Both the position numbers and the translations under genes were made by a program. 64,000 bases of DNA, taken from the sequence record NC_006883.2; one strand, 5' to 3'. Shown in pieces: positions 39,301-47,209 of this stretch (the first letter of the stretch is position 1; each line of letters starts with the position of its first letter). Under the pieces are notes generated by a model. It saw only the letters and a list, made by a program, of their open reading frames with translations. It was not told the DNA's origin and did not search any database.

Positions 39301-39761
39301 TTGAAGGTGCTAGTGTTACTTACATAGAAACTGAGGATGGAAATTATAGATATGATTCTCACACCCAAGTTGATCCAAATCAAAACTTCTATACAATATC
39401 AAGGATAAAGCGTAGTCCTCAAATAAACTGGAAGGAAAACCCTGCTGGTGTTGCATTTGAAATTTATTGTTATGATGATTCTGGAAATAAAGTAGTTGCA
39501 GTTGATTCTAGTCCTCTTGGTTCTGAAGGTACTGTATGGGGTGCTGCCCAATTTAGCTATTCTGTTGATAATGTTAATTTAGCAGATCCACTTCACAACG
39601 TAGATGGATTCTCCAGTCCAGTTGATCCTAGTTACAATGTTCCTAGAGCATTATCTTCTTCTGGTTATGAGATAATAGGACAACCAACAGTACCAACAAC
39701 TTATTCAGTAAGAGCTAAGAATGGTGGAGGAAGCACCACAGCAAGCAAACAACTTAAATAA
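36318..39761 (+). CDS. Gly-rich adhesin-like structural protein with repeated inserted modules
   Basis: SGEIKFSQLRSNF...ISASELF N-terminus; polyglycine motifs (GGIYGAGGKGG, GGKIYGGGGGG); Cys-rich loop; three copies of a ~60-aa module. Confidence 0.65.
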   Translation: MGISVTKAGPYFGSGEIKFSQLRSNFKETSSGSISASELFRNTNLYDREPITPDSTENDQIASDPFPVSVSWDTTYGPAYVAGQNYVEAMPYSTNYPRGSFDYYFGGVKVGTLDLDTATQTYIELGDIRYDSHTQQPAEWTVIDPMSHISGQNYVELTTPTQQFPAGTFKYYWDSVLQGTLNIQGATVDYVEVTNQYGSFRFKGGTLQADGTYSIERSKLTQNFYSISKVERTIGTGGSGPFRYSGVGKNLKASQFRNSIKRYTANQSGNDQFLDMGLKSGSGGIDWDGTNNLDASGVGGNYQRNVQKIINITGIAYSDDEGTNGSVGGGGRGHTKKAAAKLVMPNPLKALNTRLHVSGGIYGAGGKGGFFGASHTPQDEGDPGKDGGPALSISHGGIESITYIHVEGGKIYGGGGGGEQGIQGEWPVAAGVCDLGGYTSCSGGGTVCTTGGGYVAGYNEGCHGSGSGGSCGPGEISASLHIATLPCPDGSGYGTISATYCYTQTCVTTPRTCSYTSYGSYTSTLPIQGRGGAGGNGAAGVPGSPNYQAQSSGSAGTQDVDAKCNSGGTLGGAKNSSPGGTGEDGGQHGSPGGSNAGKSPAASGLSQGEGGGKGGAAVCGQYFKTPLLGNTGSSNVRGTIGNQCDGTTSPPIIVPNAPTVTMGDVNYIRFNYPDLDGTQTQTLNVTGTVSAKFAHMWNDKNDYGRGMDGIKIYKPDGSVLWSSVFNVDFSDPGSSIPQTYYSPQLTITEGIYPVEFINLNSRNQGGTDSNGKPYLKAGHLLEIGQKMFFVDDHENDRNQEVYILPNGTDTIWQKSYITGTHGSASDANGWAGDTSSEYVGMNQYWSAFMRRLAYWENNSDPKTQSGAEPSFFQAWSFNPPITRGVNEYRLRAQSDNDCKFFIDQTFQIAETSKYDNSGVDVLDVPINYSFVNGVNASVRVQCFNRQPNNISWNTINAPGYVAGQNYVVFTTATTQYPRGTFEYYWGGVKVGTLNIEGASVTYIETEDGNYRYDSHTQVDPNQNFYTISRIKRSPQINWKENPAGVAFEIYCYDDSGNKVVAVDSSPLGSEGTVWGAAQFSYSVDNVNLADPLHNVDGFSSPVDPSYNVPRALSSSGYEIIGQPTVPTTYSVRAKNGGGSTTASKQLK
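36554..39296 (+). repeat. Dispersed direct repeat inside the 1147-aa gene
   Basis: Exact 24-mers ATATGTTGCTGGACAAAATTATGT (36554 and 39194) and GGTGGTGTTAAAGTAGGAACACTT (36633 and 39273). Confidence 0.9.
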
Positions 39762-39764
39762 TAC

Positions 39765-39793
39765 TTGACACTGTTCGAGATTTCTGTTATACT
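39765..39793 (+). promoter_or_regulatory. Sigma70-type promoter
   Basis: TTGACA, 17 bp, TATACT, ending 6 nt before ATG 39800. Confidence 0.8.
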
Positions 39794-39799
39794 TTTATT

Positions 39800-40381
39800 A
39801 TGAAATTTACTCTTGCTATAGGAAACCCTCCTTATGGTGTAGGAGGGAATCTTGCTATAAAGATATTAAATAAAACTTCTGAGATCACAGATGATATTAG
39901 GTTTGTATTACCTACATCTATGAGGAAACCTTCTTGTCAGAATAAGATCAAGTCATATCTTCATTGTGAAGTTGATGATGATCTAGATGCTGCTACTTTT
40001 CCTGGTGGAATAAGTGCAGTAAAACAGTATTGGAAAGTAAAAAACACATCGAGATTTGCAAAAGGGGTGAACGAGATTCCTATGCACAGGGAGCATCCTG
40101 ATTTTGAATTTCTAGATTACAAAGATAGATTTGAGGCAGATGTTTTTATTGGTGAGTATGGATGTGGTCCTAGTGGAGTAGTAAAGACTGAGGATTTTAC
40201 ACACTACGCTAAAGGACATCACTTTCTAAGTGTTAAATCACCAGAAGTAATTAAGAATCTACTAGAGTTTGCTCCTAAGTTTAGAGAAGTAGCAACAGTA
40301 ACTAATGGTCGATACCATTTCGGTAAGAATGATTTGATTACCACTTATATTAAATGTTTAGATGAAAAAGAACAAGCATAA
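39800..40381 (+). CDS. Amino-DNA methyltransferase, catalytic/TRD half (motif IV NPPY)
   Basis: Begins MKFTLAIGNPPY, then IRFVLPTS; no SAM-binding motif I. Confidence 0.75.
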   Translation: MKFTLAIGNPPYGVGGNLAIKILNKTSEITDDIRFVLPTSMRKPSCQNKIKSYLHCEVDDDLDAATFPGGISAVKQYWKVKNTSRFAKGVNEIPMHREHPDFEFLDYKDRFEADVFIGEYGCGPSGVVKTEDFTHYAKGHHFLSVKSPEVIKNLLEFAPKFREVATVTNGRYHFGKNDLITTYIKCLDEKEQA

Positions 40382-40760
40382 TATACAAACTGGATCTAAT
40401 ATTGAGCGATCTGATGAAAGAATAAAAGAAACCCAAGAGGTATTCACTCCTCGTGAGTTGGTAGAATTGATGATAGATGAGATTGCGGTTTCGTTATTGA
40501 AAGATCCTAGCAGCAAATTTATTGATAATTGTGCTGGTAGTGGCAATTTCTTAATTGGACTAAAGGAACGACTCTGCTTGTATCATAGTGAGAAGCACGT
40601 TTTAAATCACATGCTTTACGCAGTAGAATTGCTAGAGGACAACCATAAGGAACTCTGTGGTCGTTTGGGTGTGACAACTCATCATCCGCACTATGTTTGT
40701 GCAGATGCCTTAGAATACGACTATAGTTTTGGTGAACCGATAGGAGTGTTGAAATTTTAA
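40362..40760 (+). CDS. Amino-DNA methyltransferase, SAM-binding half (motifs X, I, II, III)
   Basis: EVFTPRELV, FIDNCAGSGNFL, LYAVEL, CADAL; no motif IV. Confidence 0.78.
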   Translation: MKKNKHNIQTGSNIERSDERIKETQEVFTPRELVELMIDEIAVSLLKDPSSKFIDNCAGSGNFLIGLKERLCLYHSEKHVLNHMLYAVELLEDNHKELCGRLGVTTHHPHYVCADALEYDYSFGEPIGVLKF

Positions 40761-40824
40761 TTTATATAACTAACTCTGTTAGGATTGTAGGACAGGCTTT
40801 ATAATTTTTTAAGAACCAAGGGGG

Positions 40825-40853
40825 TTGCACACCCTCTTTTTTTATGCTACAAT
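40825..40853 (+). promoter_or_regulatory. Sigma70-type promoter
   Basis: TTGCAC, 17 bp, TACAAT with extended TG. Confidence 0.7.
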
Positions 40854-40904
40854 GAAATTGTTGAGAAGGATTTCTCGCAAATTGGACAATTAATTTATTA
40901 CAAA

Positions 40905-42293
40905 ATGACAAACAAAGGTAATTTCTTAAGAACCTTCGGGGTCTTAGAAACAGTTTCAGATGTAAAAGCTGTTGAATCTAATTATTTTCCTCATCCTAGA
41001 TGTAAGGATGGAATGAACGCTCTAAGAGAAAAAGTAAGTTTTATTCCTCGCAAAGAATTTAATAGTTGCTCGTTTATAGACACTAGAATTGTTCGTGTTG
41101 GTGATTTTAGTCTTCGTAAAAATGTAGGACGTAAGAAAGGTAACAATCCTGAAATTCTTGGTAGAGTTGCTCGTAGTTTAGAAAAGGGATATAACACAGT
41201 TAAACTTCCACCAATAGTTCTTTATAATGAAGAGATTGATGACATTAATGATTGGTTAGTAAATGGTAATCACCGTTGGTTGTGGTATGTGGAGAATGGA
41301 ATTGAATGGATGTTGGTGGATGTTTATGTTGTAAAAGATGGTTATGATGTAGAGGATGTTTGTGATGAGGTTGGTTTATTACATCAACCACAACCCGATG
41401 GAACAGAATCTAATTACTACGATTACAAGGCAAGAGGGTTGGCATTTGTTAAACGTCAGGAAGAAAAGAACATTAAGGTCACTCAGGATATTGTTAATAA
41501 GTGGGTTGATACTTATGCTATAAATGAAATTGCTGTCAATCGCACAAATCTCAAAAAATATATTTTCCAAGAGGAAACTAATAGTTCTGATTTAATAAAC
41601 TATTCCTCTAGAAATAGTAAAGGTGCTAGAAAAAAGGGTGGTATTCTTTATGAATTTTTGATGCACAATATTCATATTTACGATTCTGATGTGCAACTTC
41701 CAAATCACATTAAAGTTGTAGATCGTCTTTATGAAGGAAGTCAAAAGGTTTGGGTAAGAGATTTTCTGTATCCTTTTTTAATTAATATGTCTCAAGGTAG
41801 GAAGACTCGCATTAATTTTTATATTAATACAAGCTCAAAAAATGTTAATGATGGTAGTGATGTTTTAAAGTGCATTTCTAACCGCATTAAGGAACTTGAG
41901 AATATATTGATTGGTCATGAACTTGCATTTTCTGATAGTGATTATAATGCTAGAGATTATGTGATACTTGGTAAGAGACCCTATCAAATTGAAAAAGTTG
42001 ATAAGGAGGGTGAACTTCAAGATCTTACGTTTGCTACAAAACCAGAGAATACTCCTGATATTACCCTTAGAAAGGGTACTAAAAACCATACTAAGTTTCT
42101 ACTACAGAAAAAATTTGGTTTTGATGCCTTTACATTAGATCAAGCGTATAATGCAGTACGTGATGAGCGTTATGCACTTACTAATTTTAAGAATGAGGCA
42201 AGTTTTAAAGGAACTATTCGTGGCGAATTGCAATCTCTTCGTGATGATGGTGTTTTATATCCTTACGGAACTGGTGCTTATCAATTTAACTAA
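40905..42293 (+). CDS. ParB/Srx-like protein with C-terminal DpnI-type winged helix
   Basis: LPPIVL...LVNGNHR (ParB-like); FTLDQAY...KN...FKGTIRGELQSLRDDGVL...GTGAY (DpnI-C wH pattern). Confidence 0.65.
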   Translation: MTNKGNFLRTFGVLETVSDVKAVESNYFPHPRCKDGMNALREKVSFIPRKEFNSCSFIDTRIVRVGDFSLRKNVGRKKGNNPEILGRVARSLEKGYNTVKLPPIVLYNEEIDDINDWLVNGNHRWLWYVENGIEWMLVDVYVVKDGYDVEDVCDEVGLLHQPQPDGTESNYYDYKARGLAFVKRQEEKNIKVTQDIVNKWVDTYAINEIAVNRTNLKKYIFQEETNSSDLINYSSRNSKGARKKGGILYEFLMHNIHIYDSDVQLPNHIKVVDRLYEGSQKVWVRDFLYPFLINMSQGRKTRINFYINTSSKNVNDGSDVLKCISNRIKELENILIGHELAFSDSDYNARDYVILGKRPYQIEKVDKEGELQDLTFATKPENTPDITLRKGTKNHTKFLLQKKFGFDAFTLDQAYNAVRDERYALTNFKNEASFKGTIRGELQSLRDDGVLYPYGTGAYQFN

Positions 42294-42347
42294 CCAATAG
42301 TCAAACTGTCACAAGACCCCCGAAAGGGGGTTTTCTTGTGCTATAAT
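42290..42347 (+). promoter_or_regulatory. Palindrome-type early promoter, copy 1 (degenerate)
   Basis: ctaaCCAatagtcAAACTGTCACA (42290-42313), 28 nt, TATAAT (42342). Confidence 0.6.
42316..42334 (+). terminator. Terminator-like hairpin inside the promoter spacer
   Basis: ACCCCC-GAAA-GGGGGT-TTT. Confidence 0.7.
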
Positions 42348-42368
42348 ATATTCAACTGAGAAACATTA

Positions 42369-43559
42369 ATGCCATTACGTCCACATCAATCTCTTGCTTT
42401 GGGTGCTATGGCAAACCATACCAAGGGGCAAATCATAGTACCTACTGGAGGTGGTAAAACAAAATGCATGATACAGGATGCTAAAAGAGTATTTCTTACG
42501 CAAGATATTGCAACTATCGTTGTAGTTGCTCCACGCATCCTATTGGCAGAGCAACTATGCTCTGAGTTTATGGAAGAAATAAATGTAAAGGGACGCATTA
42601 AAATAATGCACGTTCATAGTGGTGAGACTAGGCATTTTTCTACGACTAATGTCGATGATATTAGATACCATAATATGTTTTGCTATGATAATAATAAGCA
42701 TCAGTTAATTTTTACTACATATCACTCACTTCATAGAATACAAGAGAGTAATATTGTAGTGGATACTGTTTACTTTGATGAGGCACACAATAGTGTTAAT
42801 AGGAACTTCTTCCCTTCTACTAAATTTTTTGGAACTGGAGGTGCTAGTAGGAACTTTTTCTTTACTGCTACTCCTAAGCACAGTCTTACTCCTTTCAAAG
42901 CTGGAATGAATGATAGAGAGGTATATGGTGATGTAATTATTAATGTTCCAGCACCTAAGTTAGTTAAAGAGGGTTACATCCTACCACCTAAAGTTCATGT
43001 ATATAAGAGTCGTTTACTTAGAAAAGATGAGATCTATTCTGAAGTAGAGTCAGATCAAATGATTAGTGCTATTGATAATTTAGAAGTGGATAAGGTTCTT
43101 ATCTGTGCTAAATCTACTAAGCAAATCATTGGTCTTCTATCTCAATCTGAGTTCTGCTATGAGTTGAATATGCGTGGTTATTCTTGGATGACTATCACAT
43201 CAAGGACAGGTGCTATTATTAATGGACAGAAGGTAGGTAGAGATGAGTTCTTTAGAACTCTTAATGCTTGGGGTAAGGATGATGAGAAGAAATTTGTGGT
43301 ATTGCATCACAGTATATTGGCAGAAGGTATAAATGTTAAAGGATTAGAAGCAGCGTTGTTTATGCGTAATATGGATTTCATTACCATTTCTCAAACGATT
43401 GGTAGAGTAATTCGTTTGGGTAATGATAAGAAGACACATGGTAAAGTATGTGTTCCTGTGTATAATAATGTAGGAATCTCTACTGCCAGAAGAGTTGAAG
43501 CAGTTGTAGATACAGTATTCAATCAAGGTCAACCAGCAATTTCAGTAATTACAAGATGA
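42369..43559 (+). CDS. Superfamily 2 helicase (type III Res-like)
   Basis: VPTGGGKT (Walker A), FDEAHN (motif II), FTATP (III), ILAEGINV (V), QTIGRVIR (VI). Confidence 0.92.
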   Translation: MPLRPHQSLALGAMANHTKGQIIVPTGGGKTKCMIQDAKRVFLTQDIATIVVVAPRILLAEQLCSEFMEEINVKGRIKIMHVHSGETRHFSTTNVDDIRYHNMFCYDNNKHQLIFTTYHSLHRIQESNIVVDTVYFDEAHNSVNRNFFPSTKFFGTGGASRNFFFTATPKHSLTPFKAGMNDREVYGDVIINVPAPKLVKEGYILPPKVHVYKSRLLRKDEIYSEVESDQMISAIDNLEVDKVLICAKSTKQIIGLLSQSEFCYELNMRGYSWMTITSRTGAIINGQKVGRDEFFRTLNAWGKDDEKKFVVLHHSILAEGINVKGLEAALFMRNMDFITISQTIGRVIRLGNDKKTHGKVCVPVYNNVGISTARRVEAVVDTVFNQGQPAISVITR

Positions 43560-43732
43560 ACATTAAAGAAGATGAATACATGTCTAGTGATGTGTGGAAA
43601 AGAAATATTCCACCAGTTACTAATTTTAAAAGAGGAAGTGCCTACAATCAATTTGGTATGTGGGTTATGTGGATTTACTATCTTATAATTCCTACGATGA
43701 TAATAAGATTAATTTGGGATTTAAACAAATGA
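43556..43732 (+). CDS. Small membrane protein (58 aa; not in ORF track)
   Basis: MNIKEDEYMSSDVWKRNIPP...GMWVMWIYYLIIPTMIIRLIWDLNK; ATGA-coupled at both ends. Confidence 0.55.
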   Translation: MNIKEDEYMSSDVWKRNIPPVTNFKRGSAYNQFGMWVMWIYYLIIPTMIIRLIWDLNK

Positions 43733-44697
43733 GAGACACTATTCTATTTGGAGATTGTAGAGATACACTCAAAGAGTTTGATGAGAAAGCAAGGATGTGT
43801 GTTACATCCCCACCTTACTATGGTCTGAGAGACTATGGTGGTGAAGAATCACAGATAGGACAAGAGCAAAGTCCTGAAGAGTTTATTGATGAGTTGGTCA
43901 AAGTATTCAGAGAAGTAAGGAATGTGCTTACTGATGATGGAACTTGTTGGGTAAACTTGGGTGATAGTTATTACAATTACAGGAAGGATGGATGTATTCC
44001 TAAACAAACATTTGCAAAGAATAGACAAGATCTACCTGAAACAACACCCAGAAGATCTAATAAGTTAAAAGGATTGAAAGAGAAGGATCTTATTGGTATT
44101 CCTTGGATGTTTGCGTTTGCTATGAGGGCAGATGGATGGCATTTGAGACAGGATATTATATGGCACAAACCTAATCCTATGCCTGAGAGTGTGAGAGATA
44201 GATGCACTAAGGCACATGAATATATCTTCTTGTTCAGTAAGCAGAAGAATTACTTCTATGATAATGAAGCAATCAAGGAGGATGCTAAAGATTGGGGAAC
44301 CAGAGATAGGAGTAAAGGTAAGTACACAAGTAATAATGATTATGGACAGACTCCACACTCAGGTTTAACTAAGAGTTATGCTAAGAAGAACAAAAGATCA
44401 GTATGGAGTGTAACAAAGAAACCATACAAGGGAGCTCACTTTGCAACATATCCACCCGATCTGATTGAACCCTGTATCCTCGCAGGAAGCGAGAAAGGAG
44501 ATATTGTGCTTGATCCATTTATGGGTAGTGGAACTACTGCTGCGGTGGCAAAATCGCTAGGTAGAGATTATATTGGATGTGAATTGCACGAAGACTATGG
44601 TGATCTTATACGCAAAAGAGTAGGTGAGTATGAACGATCTGTGCCAGTTATGGAAGTGACACAGTCACCTTTACTTGATGCTATAAATGGGTTATAA
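43729..44697 (+). CDS. Beta-class DNA methyltransferase, probably N4-cytosine
   Basis: VTSPPY (motif IV), IIWHKPN, HFATYPPDL, VLDPFMGSGTT (motif I). Start moved to ATG 43729. Confidence 0.92.
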   Translation: MRDTILFGDCRDTLKEFDEKARMCVTSPPYYGLRDYGGEESQIGQEQSPEEFIDELVKVFREVRNVLTDDGTCWVNLGDSYYNYRKDGCIPKQTFAKNRQDLPETTPRRSNKLKGLKEKDLIGIPWMFAFAMRADGWHLRQDIIWHKPNPMPESVRDRCTKAHEYIFLFSKQKNYFYDNEAIKEDAKDWGTRDRSKGKYTSNNDYGQTPHSGLTKSYAKKNKRSVWSVTKKPYKGAHFATYPPDLIEPCILAGSEKGDIVLDPFMGSGTTAAVAKSLGRDYIGCELHEDYGDLIRKRVGEYERSVPVMEVTQSPLLDAINGL

Positions 44698-44698
44698 T
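44640..44698 (+). promoter_or_regulatory. Palindrome-type early promoter, copy 2 (inside MTase 3' end)
   Basis: TGTGCCAGTTatggAAGTGACACA, 29 nt, TATAAT (44693). Confidence 0.75.
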
Positions 44699-44720
44699 AA
44701 GTACATTAACAGGGAAACCC

Positions 44721-44870
44721 ATGCAAGTTAAAGTCAAACTCCATATCAACGGACACATCTTTACTGAGTCTGTTGCTACTGATGATGTTTTTGTAGCAGA
44801 AGATATTGCTCTTGCAAGAAATCCTGGTGCAGAGATTATTAGTTCAAATTTAAGTAATGGTTGGTGGTAA
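44721..44870 (+). CDS. Small early protein (49 aa; not in ORF track)
   Basis: MQVKVKLHINGHIFTESV...ALARNPGAEI, the common cyanophage ARNP family; first gene after the promoter. Confidence 0.65.
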   Translation: MQVKVKLHINGHIFTESVATDDVFVAEDIALARNPGAEIISSNLSNGWW

Positions 44871-45515
44871 ATGGTAGTAGAGTTTATTCAAGACACTTAC
44901 GATTGGAAACCTTTAGCATTAAGGTATCTCAAAGAGGATGCTTATAAGCAAGGTGATTATACACTTTCTTCTGGTCGTAAGAGTGAACATTATGTTAATT
45001 GCAAACCTGTAACACTTACAGGTAGAGGAATCGGTCCGATTTGTGCTTTAATGTTAGAGCATATTGATCCTGATGTTCAAGCAGTTGGCGGTCTTACGTT
45101 AGGTGCTGATCCCTTAGTTAGTGGATTGTCTACTTTAATATGGGGTGGATCAGGTGGTAATATTCGTGTGGATGCTCTAATTGTTCGTAAGAAACAAAAG
45201 GGTTACGGTGCTAATGCTTGGATTGAAGGCAAACTACCTATGAAAGGTGCAAAGGTAGTTGTGCTTGAAGATGTAACTACCACAGGTGGATCTGCTCTTA
45301 TAGCAGTAGAGAAACTGCGTGATGCTGGTTATGTTGTAGAGAAGATCATTACTGTTGTTGATCGACAGGTAGATGGTGAGGCAGATGCTAAGATGAAGGA
45401 GGCAAACATAGAACTTATAAGTTTGTTTACCCTACAGGAAATTATTGATTTTGAGATCCCAGAAGAACCACCTAAACCATTTGACCCAATACCAGTACCA
45501 GAGGAAGAAGAATGA
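44871..45515 (+). CDS. pyrE: Orotate phosphoribosyltransferase
   Basis: TLSSGRKSEHYVNCK, GGLTLGADPL, VRKKQKGYG, PRPP motif VVVLEDVTTTGGS. Confidence 0.93.
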   Translation: MVVEFIQDTYDWKPLALRYLKEDAYKQGDYTLSSGRKSEHYVNCKPVTLTGRGIGPICALMLEHIDPDVQAVGGLTLGADPLVSGLSTLIWGGSGGNIRVDALIVRKKQKGYGANAWIEGKLPMKGAKVVVLEDVTTTGGSALIAVEKLRDAGYVVEKIITVVDRQVDGEADAKMKEANIELISLFTLQEIIDFEIPEEPPKPFDPIPVPEEEE

Positions 45516-45691
45516 GACTAACTGAAGATGTAATTAACAAGATTGCAGTATTAATGCAACACACCAAAATGAATGGTGAAGTTAATTGGAAAGATGGTGA
45601 TGAGATTGATGTATGTCTTGGAGGTACATTTGCTGGAGATAAGTTTATCTCTATTATAAACAGAACTCGCAGTAATACAACAAAAAGATGA
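45512..45691 (+). CDS. Hypothetical protein (59 aa; not in ORF track)
   Basis: MRLTEDVINKIAV...; ATGA-coupled at both ends. Confidence 0.6.
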   Translation: MRLTEDVINKIAVLMQHTKMNGEVNWKDGDEIDVCLGGTFAGDKFISIINRTRSNTTKR

Positions 45692-45963
45692 GTGGAGTTC
45701 CTTCAGACTATCGTAAGTTTTATCCTTGCCCTAATTCAAAAAAACTATCTCCTGATGGTGGACAACCTGAAGGATATGTTACTAAAGATGGATCTTGGGC
45801 AGCGATTCCATACCATACTAACCATAAAAGATTGATGGTTATTCACAACGGTGAACACATGTATCTTGCCCCAAACTACGAAAAGGCAGTAGCATACATA
45901 AAGAAACAAATTGCACTTGAGAAGAAACTCAAAAAGAAAGGATCATTGGAGAAGTTTTTATGA
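45688..45963 (+). CDS. Hypothetical protein
   Basis: Coupled ORF; GYVTKDGSWAAIPY motif. Confidence 0.6.
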   Translation: MSGVPSDYRKFYPCPNSKKLSPDGGQPEGYVTKDGSWAAIPYHTNHKRLMVIHNGEHMYLAPNYEKAVAYIKKQIALEKKLKKKGSLEKFL

Positions 45964-46262
45964 CCGAGCAAGAAAGATGGGATTGTGGTAGAACTCTACT
46001 ATTAGAATCCTTGTATAAACCTGATGATAAACTGAGAGGATGTGCCTTTAATCAAGGATGTAAGGATGAATTACTTGAGATTAGAGATCAAGTAATTGAA
46101 ATGGTAAGAGATATGAAGAATCCTCACAGTCCAAAATTAGAATTTGGTAAGAAGAATGATCATGTAGAACCAACAATTAGCACTCCTAATGGTGACATTA
46201 GTGAAACCCTAATGAGTGGAACTCTAGGTGATTATTATATGTCAGAGAAGAGGGAGTATTAA
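45960..46262 (+). CDS. Hypothetical protein
   Basis: Coupled ORF; ERWDCGRTLLLESL. Confidence 0.6.
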   Translation: MTEQERWDCGRTLLLESLYKPDDKLRGCAFNQGCKDELLEIRDQVIEMVRDMKNPHSPKLEFGKKNDHVEPTISTPNGDISETLMSGTLGDYYMSEKREY

Positions 46263-46264
46263 TT

Positions 46265-46510
46265 ATGAACAATGAAGAACTTAGAAAAGAGATTAATGAG
46301 ATCATAGAAGCAGATATTCAAATCGCTCTTAATGATTATATACAAGCTAATGGTGGTGGTGAAAAGGGTGAGAAACTTACTGCTAAAGTATCTCAAGCTG
46401 AAGTAGATAAGATCATTAAAGAATATAAAAAAATCAAAAAGAGAGAGAACTCTCCTTTAGGTGTGGTGAAGAAGATGGGATTACTTGATAAGGATGGTAG
46501 ACCGCTATGA
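46265..46510 (+). CDS. Hypothetical protein
   Basis: Tandem ORF with normal spacing. Confidence 0.55.
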   Translation: MNNEELRKEINEIIEADIQIALNDYIQANGGGEKGEKLTAKVSQAEVDKIIKEYKKIKKRENSPLGVVKKMGLLDKDGRPL

Positions 46511-46782
46511 GTAAGATTGATACTCAGGGAATGAGTGGTGAAGCAACTGAAGGATGTAGGGATAACATATACCCTCATGATGAGAATGGAGAACCAATTC
46601 TTCCTCGTATGGTTATTCAACCTCGTAGGATACACACTCCTGAAATGGTTAAAGAGTTGAAGATACTTATCAATGAAGTATTGGATGAGAGAGATGGTAA
46701 GAGAGGTAGATCATACTTTGATACTGAGAAGTTTAAACATCTTATTGGCGACCCTGAACCACCTTACGAAAAATGGGAATGA
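46507..46782 (+). CDS. Hypothetical protein
   Basis: Coupled ORF; MSKIDTQGMSG. Confidence 0.55.
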   Translation: MSKIDTQGMSGEATEGCRDNIYPHDENGEPILPRMVIQPRRIHTPEMVKELKILINEVLDERDGKRGRSYFDTEKFKHLIGDPEPPYEKWE

Positions 46783-46943
46783 TTAGAAATTGGATCAAAG
46801 AGATCATTAAAGAGGCACTTGTTGAGTGGGAATCTGAAGTTTCTTATCTTGGAAGACCAGGATATGAGTGGAACGGTGAGAACTGGGTTCCTAAAAAGGA
46901 AGATAAACATCCTACTTGGACATTAGATCAGTTTCAAGAATGA
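46779..46943 (+). CDS. Hypothetical protein (54 aa; not in ORF track)
   Basis: MIRNWIKEIIKEAL...; ATGA overlaps at both ends. Confidence 0.5.
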   Translation: MIRNWIKEIIKEALVEWESEVSYLGRPGYEWNGENWVPKKEDKHPTWTLDQFQE

Positions 46944-47209
46944 CTAAGAAACATAGTTATAAGAACCCTTCTAAAGCAAGACATGATCTTGCTAAAGTAG
47001 AGGCACAAGTTACTGAAGGTAAGAAGTATTATGATGAGCAAGGGTGGGAGATCTCTCCACCCATAAGTGATAGAGAATGTATCTATCGCTGTTTAGAAAA
47101 CTGTGAAAACCTTGCTGGACTTGATAAGAAACAGGTACAGAGATTGATGGAAGACTTTAAGACTAAGAAAACAGAGTTTGTAAGAAACGAGGAGTATCCA
47201 GTATTATGA
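46940..47209 (+). CDS. Hypothetical protein
   Basis: MTKKHSYKNPS...GWEISPPISDRECIY; start moved to the coupled ATG. Confidence 0.6.
   Translation: MTKKHSYKNPSKARHDLAKVEAQVTEGKKYYDEQGWEISPPISDRECIYRCLENCENLAGLDKKQVQRLMEDFKTKKTEFVRNEEYPVL

Noticed and set aside
36546-39412. Repeat pair as a diversity-generating retroelement (TR/VR)
   Set aside because: Both copies are coding, differences are not confined to adenines, and no reverse transcriptase lies in the window.
40360-40381. +1 frameshift fusing the two methyltransferase halves at GATGAAAAAG
   Set aside because: ORF B has its own ATG, and only a short A-run supports a shift; not enough without read data.
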